Below, in pieces: positions 16,409 to 24,299 of a DNA stretch of 26,810 nucleotides (positions are counted from its first letter, which is position 1; each line of letters begins with the position of its first letter). Position numbers and translations under genes: made by a program. The DNA is from Elainella saxicola E1 (GTDB lineage Bacteria > Cyanobacteriota > Cyanobacteriia > Elainellales > Elainellaceae), in NCBI GenBank assembly GCA_002796835.1, contig LUGL01000011.1:5191-32000 (forward strand), in the 5' to 3' direction. The notes beneath the pieces were generated by a model. The model was not told the origin of the DNA. It was given only the letters and a program-made list of their open reading frames with translations, and did no database searches.

Positions 16409-17380
16409 GTGGGCAGTCTAGACACTGTACAACAAGAACAACTGAGGGCAATCGGCTCCTATTTGAATCAGATTCGCCAAGAGCAGGCTCGATCGCTGGA
16501 AGAAATTTCGGCAAAGACCTATATTCCAATGCGTCTTTTGAAGGCAATTGAAGCAGGACAAGATAAAACCTTGCCAGAACCTGTTTTCATTCAAGGCTTT
16601 ATTCGCCGCTATGCAGATGCTCTCGGCCTGGATGGGGTTGATTTATCGCAACGGTTTCCGATTCATGTGACTCCTTTGCCTGTGATGGCTGCTGTATCTG
16701 GAAATCGTGAAAAGCTAAGAGAACCCAGACATACCAGTCGCGTTAGCCTGATCGATGAAGATGAGCAATCTCCTCGCAGTTTGCCATTTGCGAATTTCCC
16801 CTACATTGCGGCAGCAGCGCTTTTAGCATTAGGCGGAATTGCCTTAGCCGTTGTCTGGGGTCTTTCTTCGCGCAAACCCAGTTCCCAAAATCAAGCAACG
16901 GTGGTTTTACCAAAGCAACCTTCGCTGCCTCAAGCCAGCCCCAGCGCAAGCGTTTCGCCCACAGTCTCACCCAGCATTTCTCCGAAAGCAACATTGGCAT
17001 CTCCGGTCCCACCTGCCACACCGAAAGCCCAGGTTAAACCCGCTAGCCCCACAGTCAGTCCTACTGTCAGCCCTACTAGTCGTTCGACAACTACAGCCTC
17101 GCCTTCTGCTGCCGCGACTGTCGATCGCAGTGCACCCGTGCGAGTTGAACTCAACCTCAGCGATGAATCCTGGGTGCAGGTGATTGTGGATGGGCAGGTG
17201 AAGACTGAAGCCATTTTGCCCAAGGGCACTCGTCAAAGCTGGTCTGGTAAGCAGGAAATTACGATTATCACAGGCAATGCAGGTGCAGTTTCGGTGACGC
17301 AGAACGGCGGCAGTCCTAAAAAGATGGGGGCTCTGGGCGATGTCAGCGAAATGACCTTTAAACCCCAAACCTCTAACTAG
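16409..17380 (+). CDS. rodZ: RodZ-like cytoskeleton-associated protein (HTH + TM + Pro/Ser/Thr linker + DUF4115)
   Basis: XRE-type HTH LRAIGSYLNQIRQEQARSLEEISAKTYIPMRLLKAIEAG and FIQGFIRRYADALGLD. One TM span, IAAAALLALGGIALAVVWGL. A PSxSP-rich linker. C-terminal block VRVELNLSDESWVQVIVDGQ...ITIITGNAGAVSVTQNG. GTG start at 16409 after GGGGGG. Confidence 0.8.
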   Translation: MGSLDTVQQEQLRAIGSYLNQIRQEQARSLEEISAKTYIPMRLLKAIEAGQDKTLPEPVFIQGFIRRYADALGLDGVDLSQRFPIHVTPLPVMAAVSGNREKLREPRHTSRVSLIDEDEQSPRSLPFANFPYIAAAALLALGGIALAVVWGLSSRKPSSQNQATVVLPKQPSLPQASPSASVSPTVSPSISPKATLASPVPPATPKAQVKPASPTVSPTVSPTSRSTTTASPSAAATVDRSAPVRVELNLSDESWVQVIVDGQVKTEAILPKGTRQSWSGKQEITIITGNAGAVSVTQNGGSPKKMGALGDVSEMTFKPQTSN

Positions 17381-17394
17381 GCGCGGCAGTGTAC

Positions 17395-17442
17395 TAGACA
17401 AAGAGCGGATCAGACAAAGAGCCAATCAGGCAAAGAGTCCTG
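17395..17442. repeat. 3 x 16-bp tandem repeat (YAGRCAAAGAGNNNNN) spanning the LysR gene stop
   Basis: TAGACAAAGAGCGGAT 17395-17410, CAGACAAAGAGCCAAT 17411-17426 and CAGGCAAAGAGTCCTG 17427-17442. The last copy encodes the C-terminal GLFA of the LysR protein. Confidence 0.6.
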
Positions 17443-18301
17443 TTCCTCGTAGCAAATCGAGAAAGGCAAATACAGCCGGAGGATGCAGGGTATTAGCTAC
17501 TACGGCTGCTCCAATCACACGCTCTAGCGGCACAGGTAAGGGTCGAACGACAATTCCTTCTGGAATCGGCAAAGCCGCAAAACGGGGCAGAATAGCGGCT
17601 CCTAATCCTTGGGCAACCATACTGACGATCGTCGAATCTTCTTTCACCTCATAGGCCACTTTAGGAGACTGCCCCCATTTTGCCCAATGGTTCCGCACTG
17701 CTGAAGTGCATTCGGCATAGTTGTATAGGATGAACGAGTAAGTTGAAAGTTCGGTCCAGGTAAGCCGGTTGGCGATCGGCTGGCCCGTAGCAGGCAGCAA
17801 CACGACAAATTCATCGCGAGCAATTTCCCAGGTTTCAAAATCTTCAGACGATCGCGGCAACGGCACCAATCCAATATCCACCCGTCCTTCTCGCAACGCT
17901 TGTTCAACGCCTGTCGGATCAGCTTCGGTGAGGCTGACCTCGATCGCCGGAAACCGCTGACAAAACTCGGCAATTTTAGGCGGCAGTAGATGGGTGGCAG
18001 CACTCCGAAATGAAGCAATCCGAACCCGCCCGCCCTGCAATCCTTTGGCTAAGTTGATTTCGCGATCGATATGGTCACGCGCCTCTAGAATCACATCCAC
18101 ATGGTGCAGCACCCGTTCTCCCACCAAGGTTGGATGAGCACCAAACCGCCCTCTGGTCAGTAAAGAAACGCCCAGCTCCTCTTCTAGTGCAGCGATCGCC
18201 CGACTCACTGCAGACTGCGACATATCCAGCTTGAGGGCCGCCGTTGAGAAACTACCACATTCCGCAATCATGCGGAGAATTCGTAGATGATCGAGATTCA
18301 C
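17426..18301 (-). CDS. LysR-family transcriptional regulator
   Basis: N-terminal wHTH FSTAALKLDMSQSAVSRAIAALEEELGVSLLTR plus a ~200-aa substrate-binding domain. It is divergent from the cupin gene. Confidence 0.92.
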   Translation of the reverse strand: MNLDHLRILRMIAECGSFSTAALKLDMSQSAVSRAIAALEEELGVSLLTRGRFGAHPTLVGERVLHHVDVILEARDHIDREINLAKGLQGGRVRIASFRSAATHLLPPKIAEFCQRFPAIEVSLTEADPTGVEQALREGRVDIGLVPLPRSSEDFETWEIARDEFVVLLPATGQPIANRLTWTELSTYSFILYNYAECTSAVRNHWAKWGQSPKVAYEVKEDSTIVSMVAQGLGAAILPRFAALPIPEGIVVRPLPVPLERVIGAAVVANTLHPPAVFAFLDLLRGTGLFA

Positions 18302-18448
18302 TTGTGACTTCTATCCACTTTCTGCATAACGGTGACTCGAATCAGACTTTGATCGAACGAAGCTAGCAAAGCTAACTTGGATGGCAACAGCTTAAGTTTT
18401 ACAAAGTTTTACGAACCGAACTGTTTCGTCCAAGACAGCACCTGACTT

Positions 18449-18940
18449 ATGTTTGAACTGATACCGTACGAAAAATTTCGTGATACTCCCAATGTCCGCT
18501 TCTTCGACATCACGATTTCCAATTCTAATGCGCGAGATCTCGTCTTCCATGACGGACCTGCCATCAGTCCCAACAACAGTCCGGAAGGCTACTGGCAATT
18601 TTATTTACACCCCAACCAAGAAGATAACTTGCTGGCTTTAACCGGAGGTCGCACCTTTTATTTAGTGAATTTTGAGTGGGAGCAGCCGTTTCACATTGTG
18701 CGGCTGGAAGCCAACGGCGATATCCTTCGCATTCCTCCTGGCACCTTCCATCGATCGGTCTCCGATCCAGAAGGATCGCTCGTTTTGAATCAGGCTGTTC
18801 GAACTGCCCGCGCCACTGTCGCCAGCGAATTCCGCGTCTATAACAGCGCCGAAATTCCGCGTTTGCTGCGAGTCACGTCTCAAGCAGCGCCACTACCGCA
18901 ACGACATGGGTTCGATCGGGGTCATTTGCGCGTGGCTTAG
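18449..18940 (+). CDS. Cupin-fold protein (RmlC-like), function unknown
   Basis: Beta-barrel pattern WQFYLHPNQEDNLLALTGGRTFYLV...ILRIPPGTFHRSVSDPEGSLVLNQA. It is divergent from the LysR gene across a 147-bp spacer. Confidence 0.6.
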   Translation: MFELIPYEKFRDTPNVRFFDITISNSNARDLVFHDGPAISPNNSPEGYWQFYLHPNQEDNLLALTGGRTFYLVNFEWEQPFHIVRLEANGDILRIPPGTFHRSVSDPEGSLVLNQAVRTARATVASEFRVYNSAEIPRLLRVTSQAAPLPQRHGFDRGHLRVA

Positions 18941-18942
18941 GT

Positions 18943-18977
18943 GGGATTGGAAATGGGGTGCAGGGGTGCAGGGGTGG
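18943..18977 (+). repeat. G-run block including GGGGTGCA x 2.9
   Basis: GGGGTGCA 18955-18962 and 18963-18970, then GGGGTGG 18971-18977. It starts just after the cupin stop codon (18938-18940). Confidence 0.8.
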
Positions 18978-18990
18978 CAGAATGATAGCT

Positions 18991-19083
18991 CCTCATCTCC
19001 CTCACGCCCCATCTCCCTCACGCCCCATCTCCCTCACGCCCCATCTCCCTCGCTCCTCATCTCCCCCGCTCCTCATCTCCTCC
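18991..19083. repeat. 16-bp tandem repeat, ~5.8 copies (CCCCATCTCCCTCACG consensus)
   Basis: Units start at 18991, 19007, 19023, 19039, 19055 and 19071. 19007-19022 and 19023-19038 are identical. The period is not a multiple of 3. The array is intergenic, ~80 nt upstream of the S9 peptidase ATG. Confidence 0.9.
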
Positions 19084-19161
19084 AACAGACCACTAGCATC
19101 TGCAACTGAAAGCCTTTATGCTCAATGCTGGACCATTTAGTTGCAGAAATCGAATCCCGTG

Positions 19162-21111
19162 ATGACCACTCCAAATCTTGCTCCCTACGGCACCTGGAAA
19201 TCGCCGATCACCTCTGACCTGATTGTGGCAGGCAGCATCCGCCTCGGTGAAATTCGGCTGGATGGCAATGACATTTATTGGAGTGAAGGTCGTCCAACGG
19301 AGTCAGGCCGCAGTGTTGTGGTGCAGCGATCGCCCCAGGGTCAGACTATAGATGTGACGCCAGCAGCACCGTTTAATGTTCGGACGCGGGTGCATGAATA
19401 TGGAGGCGGTGCTTATCAGGTCGCAGATAGCGTGGTTTATTTCTCGAACTTTATTGATCAGCGGCTGTATCGGCAGGTGGTCGGACAGGAGCCGGAAGCG
19501 TTGACACCAGAGGCAGCGTCACCTGAAATAGCCTTTCGCTATGCGGATGTGGTAATCGATCGCGCTCGTAACCGCTTGATCAGCATTCGGGAGGATCACA
19601 CGGCAGGTGGGCATGAGCCTGTGAATACGATCGTGGCGATCGATCTGAATCAGGTGAATGCGGGAGAAGTGCTGGTTTCGGGTGCTGATTTTTATGCCAC
19701 GCCACGCCTCAGTCCGGATGGGAAGCAGCTTTGCTGGCTGAGTTGGAATCACCCCGATATGCCCTGGGATAGCACCTCGCTTTGGCTAGCCAATGTGAAT
19801 GAGGACGGTTCGCTGCAAACACCGAAGCAAATTGCTGGTGGTCCAACGGAATCCGTGTTTCAGCCAACCTGGTCGCCGGATAACGTGCTGTACTTTATTA
19901 GCGATCGCACCAACTGGTGGAATTTATATCGGTGGGAGAGCGATCGGGCCACGCCAGTTTGCGAAAAGGCGGCTGAGTTTGGATTGCCGCAGTGGGTGTT
20001 CGATATGACCACCTATGGCTTCGAATCCGCTGAGAGCCTGATTTGCACCTATGTCGAGCAGGGCATCCAGCATCTGGCGCGGCTGAATACGGAAACCCTG
20101 GAACTGACAGAAATTGAAACGCCTTACAGTGCAATCAGCGGATTGAAAGTGGCAGAAGGCTATGCCGTTTTCATTGGCGGTTCAGCTACAAAACCTGGCG
20201 CGATCGTTCGACTTGACCTACAAACCGGAGCCATTGAAGAACTGCGCCGCTCCAGCACTTTGACGATCGATCCAGGCTATATTTCTGCACCAGAAGCGAT
20301 CGAATTTCCGACCGAAAATGGGCTAACGGCCTATGCCTTTTACTATGCGCCCAAAAATCAGGACTATGCTGCACCTGCGGATGAAAAACCACCCTTGTTG
20401 GTGAAAAGTCATGGCGGACCTACTGCTGCCACTTCCGCTAGCTTTAGCCCCAGCATCCAATATTGGACCAGTCGCGGCATTGCCGTTTTGGATGTCAACT
20501 ATGGCGGCAGCACCGGCTATGGCAGAGAATATCGCGAGCGGTTGAAAAATAACTGGGGAATTGTTGACGTAGACGACTGCGTAAACGGAGCTAAGTATTT
20601 GGTTGAGAAAGGATTGGCCGATCGCGATCGACTTTGCATCGATGGCGGCAGTGCGGGCGGATACACGACCCTGGCGGCACTCACCTTTCGGGATGTATTT
20701 AAAGCTGGGGCAAGTCACTATGGCGTCAGCAATCTGGAAGCGCTGGCTCAAGATACCCATAAATTTGAGTCCCGCTACCTGGATGGCCTGATCGGCAAAT
20801 ATCCCGAAGAACGAGACATTTACTTACAGCGATCGCCGATCACATCTGCCAGCCAACTCTCCTGTCCGCTGATCTTCTTCCAGGGCGATGAAGACAAAAT
20901 TGTGCCGCCCAACCAGGCCGAAATGATGGTAGAAGTCCTGCGCCAAAAAGGCTTACCCGTCGCCTATGTCCTGTTTGAAGGTGAGCAACATGGCTTCCGC
21001 AAAGCCGAAAACATCAAACGCGCCTTAGATGGTGAGCTATATTTCTACTCCAGAATCTTTGGCTTCGAGCTGGCTGATCCGGTGGAGCCTGTGGCGATCG
21101 AGAATCTGTAG
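19162..21111 (+). CDS. S9 (prolyl oligopeptidase family) serine peptidase, DAP2/acylaminoacyl-peptidase-like
   Basis: N-terminal propeller-type region ([19 protein letters not shown]). C-terminal alpha/beta hydrolase with nucleophile elbow GGSAGGYT, Asp in [11 protein letters not shown] and His in FEGEQHGF. I prefer ATG 19162 over TTG 19141. Confidence 0.9.
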   Translation: MTTPNLAPYGTWKSPITSDLIVAGSIRLGEIRLDGNDIYWSEGRPTESGRSVVVQRSPQGQTIDVTPAAPFNVRTRVHEYGGGAYQVADSVVYFSNFIDQRLYRQVVGQEPEALTPEAASPEIAFRYADVVIDRARNRLISIREDHTAGGHEPVNTIVAIDLNQVNAGEVLVSGADFYATPRLSPDGKQLCWLSWNHPDMPWDSTSLWLANVNEDGSLQTPKQIAGGPTESVFQPTWSPDNVLYFISDRTNWWNLYRWESDRATPVCEKAAEFGLPQWVFDMTTYGFESAESLICTYVEQGIQHLARLNTETLELTEIETPYSAISGLKVAEGYAVFIGGSATKPGAIVRLDLQTGAIEELRRSSTLTIDPGYISAPEAIEFPTENGLTAYAFYYAPKNQDYAAPADEKPPLLVKSHGGPTAATSASFSPSIQYWTSRGIAVLDVNYGGSTGYGREYRERLKNNWGIVDVDDCVNGAKYLVEKGLADRDRLCIDGGSAGGYTTLAALTFRDVFKAGASHYGVSNLEALAQDTHKFESRYLDGLIGKYPEERDIYLQRSPITSASQLSCPLIFFQGDEDKIVPPNQAEMMVEVLRQKGLPVAYVLFEGEQHGFRKAENIKRALDGELYFYSRIFGFELADPVEPVAIENL

Positions 21112-21185
21112 CTGAAGAATTAATTCGATTCACGCTATAGCTGAAGGATCAATTCGATTCGTGCTGAAGGATCAATTCGATCCGC
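21111..21185. repeat. Three copies of a 23-bp direct repeat (GCTGAAGGATCAATTCGATTCGT)
   Basis: Copies at 21111-21133 (4 mismatches), 21140-21162 and 21163-21185. The first copy starts at the last base of the peptidase TAG stop (21109-21111). Confidence 0.85.
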
Positions 21186-21316
21186 GAGCGAGACGCTCGC
21201 ACTGCTTTGTCACACATTTTTGATTCACTCAGACAGGGAAGCTGATTAGATTGTGGGATTTGCCACGATCAAGCTTGTGACGTTTGAACATCTCTAGTGC
21301 GAGCGTCTCGCTCGCG
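21183..21316. repeat. Perfect 21-bp inverted repeat flanking a 92-bp spacer; each arm is itself a 7-bp-stem hairpin
   Basis: Left arm CGCGAGCGAGACGCTCGCACT at 21183-21203. Right arm AGTGCGAGCGTCTCGCTCGCG at 21296-21316, its exact reverse complement. Internal hairpins are GCGAGCG-AGA-CGCTCGC (21184-21200) and GCGAGCG-TCT-CGCTCGC (21299-21315). The left hairpin followed by ACTGCTTTGT could be a weak terminator for the peptidase gene. Confidence 0.85.
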
Positions 21317-21463
21317 AACAAACCAGCCACCTCGCTCGCGAACAAACCAGCCATCTCACTCACGAACAAACCAGCCATCTCGCTCGCGAACAAACCAGCC
21401 GTCTCGCTCGCGAAGAAACCAGCCATCTCGCTCACGAACAAACCAGCCATCTCGCTCGCGAAC
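21307..21463. repeat. 24-bp tandem repeat, 6.5 copies (CTCGCTCGCGAACAAACCAGCCAT)
   Basis: Units start at 21307, 21331, 21355, 21379, 21403 and 21427, with a 13-nt partial unit at 21451. There are 0-2 substitutions per unit, at unit positions 4, 8, 13, 23 and 24. Confidence 0.95.
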
Positions 21464-21549
21464 TAAATATGCGCACGCTCTCTATCTCGTCAGGTTCGAT
21501 TAAGCTTTAAATAGGGAACTTAATCTTTTCTTTATTAGTTGCGATCGAT

Positions 21550-22401
21550 ATGCCAGCTGCCGTTTGTCTGCAAGGGGTTCACAAGGTTTATAACAATGTC
21601 TCGGTGGTGGATGATTTGTCGCTGACGATCGCACCGGGCGAAATTTTTGGCTTACTCGGTCCAAATGGAGCAGGCAAATCCACCACGATTCGTATGGTGA
21701 CAACGCTAACCAAACCAACCCAAGGCGATATTGTGGTTGCGGGCTATGACGTGGTGCGGCAGCCGTTTGGAGCCAAAAAGCAGATTGGCGTCGTGTTGCA
21801 GCAAACCAGCGTGGATATGGACTTGACCGTCTGGGAAAACATGGAATTCCATGGGCGGATGCATCACATTCCCAATCCGCGTCGGCAAAAGGAAATCGAT
21901 CGCTGGCTGGAATATGTCGAGTTGATCGATCGCCGTAATGATCTGGTCAAAACCTTGTCGGGTGGGATGAAGCGCCGCTTGCAAATTGGCCGAGCCTTGC
22001 TGCACCAGCCACAAATTCTATTTCTGGATGAACCCACCGTTGGACTCGATCCGCAAACGCGCCGTCGCCTCTGGGAAATCATCAAAGGTTTGAATCAGCA
22101 GGGCATGACGATTTTGCTGACCACTCACTACATGGAAGAGGTCGAATATCTCTGCAACCGCATCGGCATCATGGACAGCGGCAAGCTGATCGAGCTGGGC
22201 ACGCTGGAAGAATTTCGCCAACGGCATGGGCAGGGCTTGATTATGAAGCAGGAGGGCGATCGCTGGAATTATCAGTTTTTCCCTACGATGCAGGACGCAA
22301 AAAGCTTCCTGGAACAACAGCCCGACAAAACCGGCATGATGTTGCGCCCATCCAACCTGGAAGATATTTTCGTGGAATTAACCGGCAGAAATCTGGACTA
22401 G
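21550..22401 (+). CDS. ABC transporter ATP-binding protein (ABC-2/DrrA-like subfamily)
   Basis: Walker A GPNGAGKST, Q-loop VLQQ, signature LSGGMKRRL, Walker B ILFLDEPTVGLD and H-loop TTHYMEE. Confidence 0.92.
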   Translation: MPAAVCLQGVHKVYNNVSVVDDLSLTIAPGEIFGLLGPNGAGKSTTIRMVTTLTKPTQGDIVVAGYDVVRQPFGAKKQIGVVLQQTSVDMDLTVWENMEFHGRMHHIPNPRRQKEIDRWLEYVELIDRRNDLVKTLSGGMKRRLQIGRALLHQPQILFLDEPTVGLDPQTRRRLWEIIKGLNQQGMTILLTTHYMEEVEYLCNRIGIMDSGKLIELGTLEEFRQRHGQGLIMKQEGDRWNYQFFPTMQDAKSFLEQQPDKTGMMLRPSNLEDIFVELTGRNLD

Positions 22402-22521
22402 AAATCTGGATGGGCGATCGTCCTTTTCATACTTTTCGCACACGATGCAAAAGTGAGGTATCATAACGCATCGCTCTGTTGAACGGTGTCGTTTTCAGGG
22501 GCAGTTGCCGCCTCTCTGCCT

Positions 22522-23418
22522 ATGCTGAATCGCTGGTGGATCTACCAAAAGCAACGTTTCCCAATTTTTCGCAATAGCCTGCTGGCTGCAATTTTCAGTG
22601 TTTCAGCAGTGGGATATTCCTTATTGCTGCGATCGGCGGCGGATCAAACCATGGCCTCGATCGGCATCATGCTGTTAGCAACGCTGTCCGTCTTTTTGTT
22701 TGGCCTGCAGCTCCAGGTAGTTGATGAGTTTCAAGACATCCAAACTGATGTGTTGCAGCGTCCCCATTTGCCAGTACCCAGTGGCCTGATCAAATTGTCG
22801 GAATTGCAAATGATTGGATTGGCAGCAGGCTGCATTCAGTTTGGCTCAACCCTGCCGATCGGCTTTTCTTTCCTCCTTTTTCTGGCAGGACTCTGGCTTT
22901 ATTTGGGTTTGCTAAGCCGCAATTTTTTTCGCAAGTCGCTCTCTCCCATGCTGAGCGTTTTGAGTCGAGCTGGCCTGGTCGGACTACTGGCAGTCTATGC
23001 TACAGCGCATGATTGGTTATGGGTAGGAGCCAGTTTCAACCTCAACTTAGGCTGGTTTTTCCTGATCAGTTTTTTGGTTGGCTTAGCGATCGAACTCAGC
23101 CGCCGCATGACAATTGTTCAAGCTCATTCTCTACAAAAAAATTCTGTTCAACGTCCAGATCGCAGGATCAGCTGGATTTGGCTGGTGGTTGTTTGGTTGC
23201 TGACCCTGACGGCATTTCAAGCCAGTCTTGCCATCCAGTTTGTTGTTCCTGTCATTGTGATCAGCTTGCTGCTGTTGCTGATTTCAGCCGCTGTGGCATG
23301 GCGTTTCTGGCAAAAGCCAAATGCTCGATCGGCTCATCGAGTTGTGTTCATGTCCGATCTTTGGGCGATCGCTATTTACTTTAATATTGGGATTTTGCCC
23401 TTGCTGCTTGCCAAGTAA
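22522..23418 (+). CDS. Polytopic membrane protein, UbiA-prenyltransferase-like (first Asp-rich motif only)
   Basis: About 8 hydrophobic spans. VVDEFQDIQTDVLQRPHLPVPSGLI resembles the UbiA-family NDxxDxxxD...RPLxxG motif. I could not see a clear second DxxxD motif. I prefer ATG 22522 over GTG 22486. Confidence 0.6.
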   Translation: MLNRWWIYQKQRFPIFRNSLLAAIFSVSAVGYSLLLRSAADQTMASIGIMLLATLSVFLFGLQLQVVDEFQDIQTDVLQRPHLPVPSGLIKLSELQMIGLAAGCIQFGSTLPIGFSFLLFLAGLWLYLGLLSRNFFRKSLSPMLSVLSRAGLVGLLAVYATAHDWLWVGASFNLNLGWFFLISFLVGLAIELSRRMTIVQAHSLQKNSVQRPDRRISWIWLVVVWLLTLTAFQASLAIQFVVPVIVISLLLLLISAAVAWRFWQKPNARSAHRVVFMSDLWAIAIYFNIGILPLLLAK

Positions 23419-23436
23419 TGATGGGCAATGCCCACC

Positions 23437-24156
23437 CTACTTTTGCCCTTTGGGCTCAAATATACCAACTTCTGTACAAATGGCCTGCAATCGTCGGTCC
23501 CAGGGATCGATCGGTAAACGGGGCAACCGGGCAAACTCGAACACAATGCCGATTGTAGGAATTCTGGACCAGGCAGCAGTGCTCAAAAGACGATCGTAAA
23601 AGCCACCGCCATAACCTAAACGGTAGCCACGCACATCACAGGCCACCGCAGGGACTAAGATTAAATCAACTTCATGCGGATGGATGATCGGTGAATCAGG
23701 ATGAGGTTCAGGAATCCCGTAAGTTCCAGTTTGCAGCGGTAAATAAGGATTATTTGGAGTCCAGGCATGCCAGATTAAGTTTTTGCCTTCACAGCGAGGC
23801 AGTCCCCAACGATGCTGAGTCAGAAATAAGGGGCTGAGGTCGGGTTCTTGACGAAAACTGAAGTAGGCCAAAATCGTGCGAGATTGCGTAAACCACTCAG
23901 AGTTGTGGAGATGGCCACAGAGCCGATCGCTTTTTTGTCGCCAAATTTCTTGAGGCATCGACTGCCGCGCTTTCAAGAGCGATCGCCGCAAATCGGCTTT
24001 CTGGGTAGCCCGATCGGCTTTTTGGGCAGTTGAACTGGTGATTACATTGAACTGGCTCGTCTCAGAATTCACTCCGCTACTCATGCTGGCTGATACCAAT
24101 CCCGTCAATGGCTGCTTGTCGATAATGACTGTTTGCCACTCATGGCTGTTCGTCAC
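23437..24156 (-). CDS. 5-formyltetrahydrofolate cyclo-ligase
   Basis: LRRSLLKARQSM, ILAYFSFRQEPDL and LILVPAVACDVRGYRLGYGGGFYDRLL. The ~50-aa N-terminal extension is uncertain: the longest frame starts at GTG 24156, with an alternative ATG at 24084. Confidence 0.85.
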   Translation of the reverse strand: MTNSHEWQTVIIDKQPLTGLVSASMSSGVNSETSQFNVITSSTAQKADRATQKADLRRSLLKARQSMPQEIWRQKSDRLCGHLHNSEWFTQSRTILAYFSFRQEPDLSPLFLTQHRWGLPRCEGKNLIWHAWTPNNPYLPLQTGTYGIPEPHPDSPIIHPHEVDLILVPAVACDVRGYRLGYGGGFYDRLLSTAAWSRIPTIGIVFEFARLPRLPIDPWDRRLQAICTEVGIFEPKGQK

Positions 24157-24299
24157 TCAAAGTGTAGCGCGTCCCGACTGGAGTGGATGCAAATTCGTAG
24201 TTTGAAATGTAGTTTGAAAAGGGTTTGATATTGGGCAATTCAGACAATCCGGCCTACAATCGGGAAGACTGACATTCTCGAATACGGTTGACAGAAACA

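Noticed and set aside
16269-16547. Minus-strand 92-aa ORF in the CheY/RodZ spacer
   Set aside because: It overlaps the RodZ-like start region in antisense, has no recognisable motif, and has Ser/Pro/Leu-rich composition typical of an antisense frame.
18906-19140. ORFs 18906-19109 and 18958-19140, which encode Pro/Ser/His-rich repeats
   Set aside because: They read through a 16-bp-period array (not a multiple of 3). They also overlap each other and the cupin gene's 3' end, and have no plausible start context.
18991-21463. Tandem arrays at 18991-19083 (16 bp) and 21307-21463 (24 bp) considered as possible CRISPR arrays
   Set aside because: The units are contiguous with no unique spacers, and the repeats are shorter than CRISPR repeats. 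No cas genes or leader are present. These are simple tandem repeats.
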